Shown here: positions 60,552-64,000 of the stretch, one piece after another
How the letters are laid out: every line of letters begins with the position of its first letter
Numbering within the stretch: position 1 is the first letter of the stretch
Source of the DNA: a virus
IMG/VR virus record: IMGVR_UViG_3300044732_001099
Span: 1 to 64,000 of that record
DNA length: 64,000 bases
Direction: 5' to 3' (one strand)
Program-made: the position numbers and the translations under genes
The notes under the pieces: model-generated
What the model was told of the DNA's origin: nothing
The model's input: only the letters and a program-made list of their open reading frames with translations
Database searches by the model: none

Positions 60552-60631
60552 CAATACAAAAAGACTAATATATAGAATATCATTAGGGCAAATATTAATA
60601 ATCTTTTTGCTGTTTTATTCATTGCAGATTT

Positions 60632-61252
60632 TTATAAATATCCGTTATCAACAAACGAATAATAACCATCAATAGTAATAATCAAGTGCTCAAGTAGTTT
60701 TAAATCAAGCAACAAGGCAGCTTCTTTTATCTTTACTGTAAGGTTAAGATCTTCTTGTGATGGATTTATATTGCCGCTAGGATGATTATGAGCAATAATA
60801 AAACTAGACACACGATTATGTTCTAGTATTTTCTTAAACAAGATCTTTGTGTCGACTACTGTTGCAGAGACACCACCTTTAGAAAGCTGTATTGGTTTAC
60901 AAAGAGCTACATTTTTCCTATTCAATGGTATAAAGTAAAACTCTTCCTGATTTAATAGGCCCATAAACTTAAAGTACTGGTAGCAATCATTACTTTTAGT
61001 TATCTGAGCATTATTTATTTCAGCTGGTACAATATTCTTTGCAATGTGTAGCTTTCTGGCACTGGTTTTACTCATGCCAATCTTTAAATAATCTTCTTCA
61101 GATGCAATCAAAGCAACGTACTCATTGGAGAAATAGCCATATAGTTTTTCTGTATCCCTGACACCAATAAGCTCCTGGATAAGTTCTTTGTTTGGCTTTT
61201 TGTAGTCTGCTTCGCTTTCTCTAAATATCATAACTCCTGTGAAATCTTCCAA
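60632..61252 (-). CDS. radC: RadC-family JAB/MPN domain protein
   Basis: QEEFYFI.LN, LSKGGVSATVVD, IIAHNHPSGNINPSQED and LLEHLII...YYSF; an HhH-like segment lies upstream. Confidence 0.9.
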   Translation of the reverse strand: MEDFTGVMIFRESEADYKKPNKELIQELIGVRDTEKLYGYFSNEYVALIASEEDYLKIGMSKTSARKLHIAKNIVPAEINNAQITKSNDCYQYFKFMGLLNQEEFYFIPLNRKNVALCKPIQLSKGGVSATVVDTKILFKKILEHNRVSSFIIAHNHPSGNINPSQEDLNLTVKIKEAALLLDLKLLEHLIITIDGYYSFVDNGYL

Positions 61253-61854
61253 AATGATAATGCTTTTTCCTCTGTTGACTCTTTTAATCTTTCAACAGCG
61301 TTAATGTAAAGATAATGAGGAGAATTGACAAATTCACCAGTTTTCATGTTCAAATAACAGATATGCTCATCAAGTGTATCAAATGTAGCCTCATCATGAA
61401 CCAACTCCACGTATGGTTTAGTTCTGATATGATTGTCGCTGATAATCTCACCGGAAAAGCATTTGTTAAGTACATACCGATTAAAGTTTCTGCTATCTTC
61501 TTTGCTGTACGTAAACACATTTACACCATCAGTAACACTGGCAAACTTAGATGCCATGTCCTGTATGTTTGTAACCGGTGCGCTCATCACAATGCTACCA
61601 CCTCTAACAACAACTATGTAAACAGGAGTTGCTATTGATGTGTGGTGTACATAGTGAAGATACCAATCCCGGGGATCTGTATGCTGTGTAATGTAGTTCT
61701 CAAAATCCCTGATATTCTTTTCAAATAATTGATTGAGAAACAAGTTCTGCTGAAATACTGACAAGCCGTCAAAAGAAACAGCTGGGCCGCCGTATACAAC
61801 GACAGCCACAGCAATATTTCTATTTTGAAACTTGTTAAAAGGGAATGTTTCCAT
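61228..61854 (-). CDS. Hypothetical protein between ParB-like and RadC-like genes
   Basis: 208-aa ORF coupled to both neighbours. Confidence 0.6.
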   Translation of the reverse strand: METFPFNKFQNRNIAVAVVVYGGPAVSFDGLSVFQQNLFLNQLFEKNIRDFENYITQHTDPRDWYLHYVHHTSIATPVYIVVVRGGSIVMSAPVTNIQDMASKFASVTDGVNVFTYSKEDSRNFNRYVLNKCFSGEIISDNHIRTKPYVELVHDEATFDTLDEHICYLNMKTGEFVNSPHYLYINAVERLKESTEEKALSFWKISQEL

Positions 61855-63893
61855 TAGCTAATAACTTGATATTTATTTTTATCGTTTTTGTAAGCAAATG
61901 CTGTTTTGAAGTTAAGGCATTCTTTCACTTTCGTAAAGAACGAAACAAACATTGCCCTTCTTCTCTGCTCTGTATCACTAGACTTGATGATGCCTTTGAT
62001 ATCAAATGTCTGTAACATAGCATTTGCATTGACAAAGTTATGTTCATGCATTAAACTAGCAAGTTCTTTCATGTTGGCATTTAAATCAGTGCCATTCAGA
62101 GTTTCCTCTTTAGTTGCAGCGTTAAACATTTCAGCGCCTTTCTCCTGACAAAGTTTTATCATTGCAAGGCCTGCAAGCATACTATTAGAATCAGCATCAT
62201 CATCAATAGTGTTTAGTATCTGATTTACAAGATTCTTAACACGCATTCTCATAATAAACTCACTACCTTTGTATGGAATACCAATGTTCTTGCAGATGTA
62301 AGTAAGCAATGCTTCATCAGCTTCATCGATAGAATTGTAAATGCTTTTGCCTGTTTCATAGACATTAATGTAGCACATATCTGTGACAAACTTACGTCTG
62401 GCTTTAGCATCATCATCAATTTCTTCAGATCTTTCTGTTGCTTTCTCGGTCATATCTGCACGCTTTAACTCAATGTAGCCATACTCATTCTCGTATTCTT
62501 TCTCTAAATCTATGTTATTGTCTTTAAAGAACAGACTAAGAATATTTGGAGAATAGGATGACATTGTCATTAGATTTGCTTGTAAATATACAGTCATAGC
62601 ATAGCCGGCACCAGCTTTATCAACAAGGTCTGACCCATTAGCAATCTCTTCATCAAGCAAATGCTCAATACAAGCTTTCATTGTATTGTTAATGTGAATG
62701 CCTTTAAAGAAAGCACGCAATGCATATTCAAGTTCTGCTCCTTCTTGATTAAGTCGCTTCATCAATCTGAATACAACATCTTTTCTTGCTTGTTCTTTCA
62801 AGCTAGTAATCTTACGATTAACACGCTCAATAGCAGCATCTTGCTTTTTCTCTACATAGCTTTCTTCTGCTTTTACACTTTCAATCAAAGATGGCTTTAC
62901 AAAAAACTTGATACTGCCATCATAATCCCAGCAGGCAACTTCTTCAGGGTGAGTACCCATATCGCAATGTACATAACCCATAATGTCATATCTGTCAACA
63001 ACTTTAAGTTTGTTATCATCGATAAACTTTTCCCAGTATGCTTTTGATCTAGCTTTTGTTGCATCGCTATCAGATGTTCTAGGCCTATCAAACATACTAC
63101 CTACGTTGATGTACCATTTCTCTTCTTTGATATTTGGATGAACATTGCCATACAAATCAACAAAGCTTTCCTCTGGAACACTTTCAGATATTTCCGGCAT
63201 GCAATAGTTAGACAATCTCAATATTTCTCTGTCATCAAGAGCTTCACCTTCTGTGTGCAAATCGCGATCATAAATCTCATCAACAATCATTTTTTGTACA
63301 GCATCAGGCATATCACATAGTGCAGTAGCACCAGACTCATCAATAACTCCTTCAAAGCAGAGCTTGATAGCTTCTTTGTTCAATGCTGCTATCTTGCGAA
63401 GTGATGTTGCTCTATTTACAGAAATGCCAAGCTGACTAGCAATCTTTGGTAGTGTCACGCCTTTTACAGCAACAGCCTGTCTGATTGCATGGGCCAGTGT
63501 AATAAAGTGCTGCTCACTACGCAATACATTTTCAGTCAATGAATCGACAATGTTAATGCCATCCATAATATAAACTGGGATTTCTGCAGTAGCGTCAATC
63601 TCCTTACACAAATCTTCATAACGAGTAACAAATGTCATTGCTCTAGTATAGCCGGCACGAACAATATACTTACCTTTTACTTGCTCGCAGATGATTGGTT
63701 GCAGCAATAAAGAACCAGTCTTTTTGTAGGTTTCAACCATTGAACCATACATTTTATCAATAGCATCACCGTATGGAGTAGCATCGTTTACGTCATAATC
63801 TATGCCAGCAAACCTAGGATTAGGCACAGAAAAGTCAAGCAAATCTGGAGTTACTTTTAACATTTCGTTTTTAATTTTAATATTAGAAGACAT
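61854..63893 (-). CDS. Large ParB/Spo0J-like protein (ParB N-terminal domain + HTH + long C-terminal extension)
   Basis: NPRF, LLQPII, YIVRAGYTRA (divergent GxRR box), TENVLRSE and HTH TLPKIASQLGISVNRATSLRKIAAL; 679 aa. Confidence 0.75.
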   Translation of the reverse strand: MSSNIKIKNEMLKVTPDLLDFSVPNPRFAGIDYDVNDATPYGDAIDKMYGSMVETYKKTGSLLLQPIICEQVKGKYIVRAGYTRAMTFVTRYEDLCKEIDATAEIPVYIMDGINIVDSLTENVLRSEQHFITLAHAIRQAVAVKGVTLPKIASQLGISVNRATSLRKIAALNKEAIKLCFEGVIDESGATALCDMPDAVQKMIVDEIYDRDLHTEGEALDDREILRLSNYCMPEISESVPEESFVDLYGNVHPNIKEEKWYINVGSMFDRPRTSDSDATKARSKAYWEKFIDDNKLKVVDRYDIMGYVHCDMGTHPEEVACWDYDGSIKFFVKPSLIESVKAEESYVEKKQDAAIERVNRKITSLKEQARKDVVFRLMKRLNQEGAELEYALRAFFKGIHINNTMKACIEHLLDEEIANGSDLVDKAGAGYAMTVYLQANLMTMSSYSPNILSLFFKDNNIDLEKEYENEYGYIELKRADMTEKATERSEEIDDDAKARRKFVTDMCYINVYETGKSIYNSIDEADEALLTYICKNIGIPYKGSEFIMRMRVKNLVNQILNTIDDDADSNSMLAGLAMIKLCQEKGAEMFNAATKEETLNGTDLNANMKELASLMHEHNFVNANAMLQTFDIKGIIKSSDTEQRRRAMFVSFFTKVKECLNFKTAFAYKNDKNKYQVIS

Positions 63894-63902
63894 ATAAATG
63901 GT

Positions 63903-63939
63903 TTAAAAAGTAGCCTGCACACAGTTTCCTTGTGCAGGC
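63903..63939 (-). terminator. Intrinsic terminator-like hairpin on the minus strand
   Basis: Perfect 9-bp inverted repeat GCCTGCACA (63913-63921) / TGTGCAGGC (63931-63939), followed on the - strand by TACTTTTTAA. Confidence 0.6.
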
Positions 63940-64000
63940 GTAGTGAAATAATATTTAGAACGGCAAATCTCCTACAGGCTGCTCATCTTGTGAGCAAATC

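Noticed and set aside
57049-63320. Plus-strand ORFs within the minus-strand block (e.g. 59450, 61315, 61906, 62661, 63138)
   Set aside because: They are antisense shadows of the coupled minus-strand gene chain and carry no motifs.
1-64000. Stop-codon reassignment (TAG or TGA), known in some Crassvirales
   Set aside because: Standard-code ORFs tile the window almost without gaps, including a 22.5 kb ORF, and TAG ends genes cleanly (4159, 6098, 26395). No suppressor tRNA was seen.

Overview
The window is a 64 kb segment of a crAss-like (Crassvirales-type) phage, probably infecting a Bacteroidota host, read with the standard genetic code. The + strand (1-55885) is one dense late/virion block. 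It holds the portal (5'-truncated), a scaffold-like protein, the major capsid protein, ring/auxiliary capsid/IHF-like/tail-tubular/muzzle genes and five cargo (ejection) genes. These are followed by a 7503-aa virion RNA polymerase polyprotein (SF1-helicase motifs, two zincin HExxH motifs, catalytic DQDVD), a tail-collar fibre and an amidase endolysin. The - strand (55874-63893) is a convergent accessory block with ParB-like, RadC/JAB and spore-photoproduct-lyase-like radical SAM genes, many small ORFs and a degenerate tRNA-like element. The most striking unexplained structure is in the cargo genes (14066-26395). They look like strings of swappable modules separated by a recurring (K/R)xGGxxNPYL(K/Q)AQxG signature that also marks gene starts and ends, with shared header and tail segments around different enzyme-like domains. 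This is a candidate virion-delivered polymorphic effector array. All assignments come from motif recognition and synteny by eye; no searches were run.
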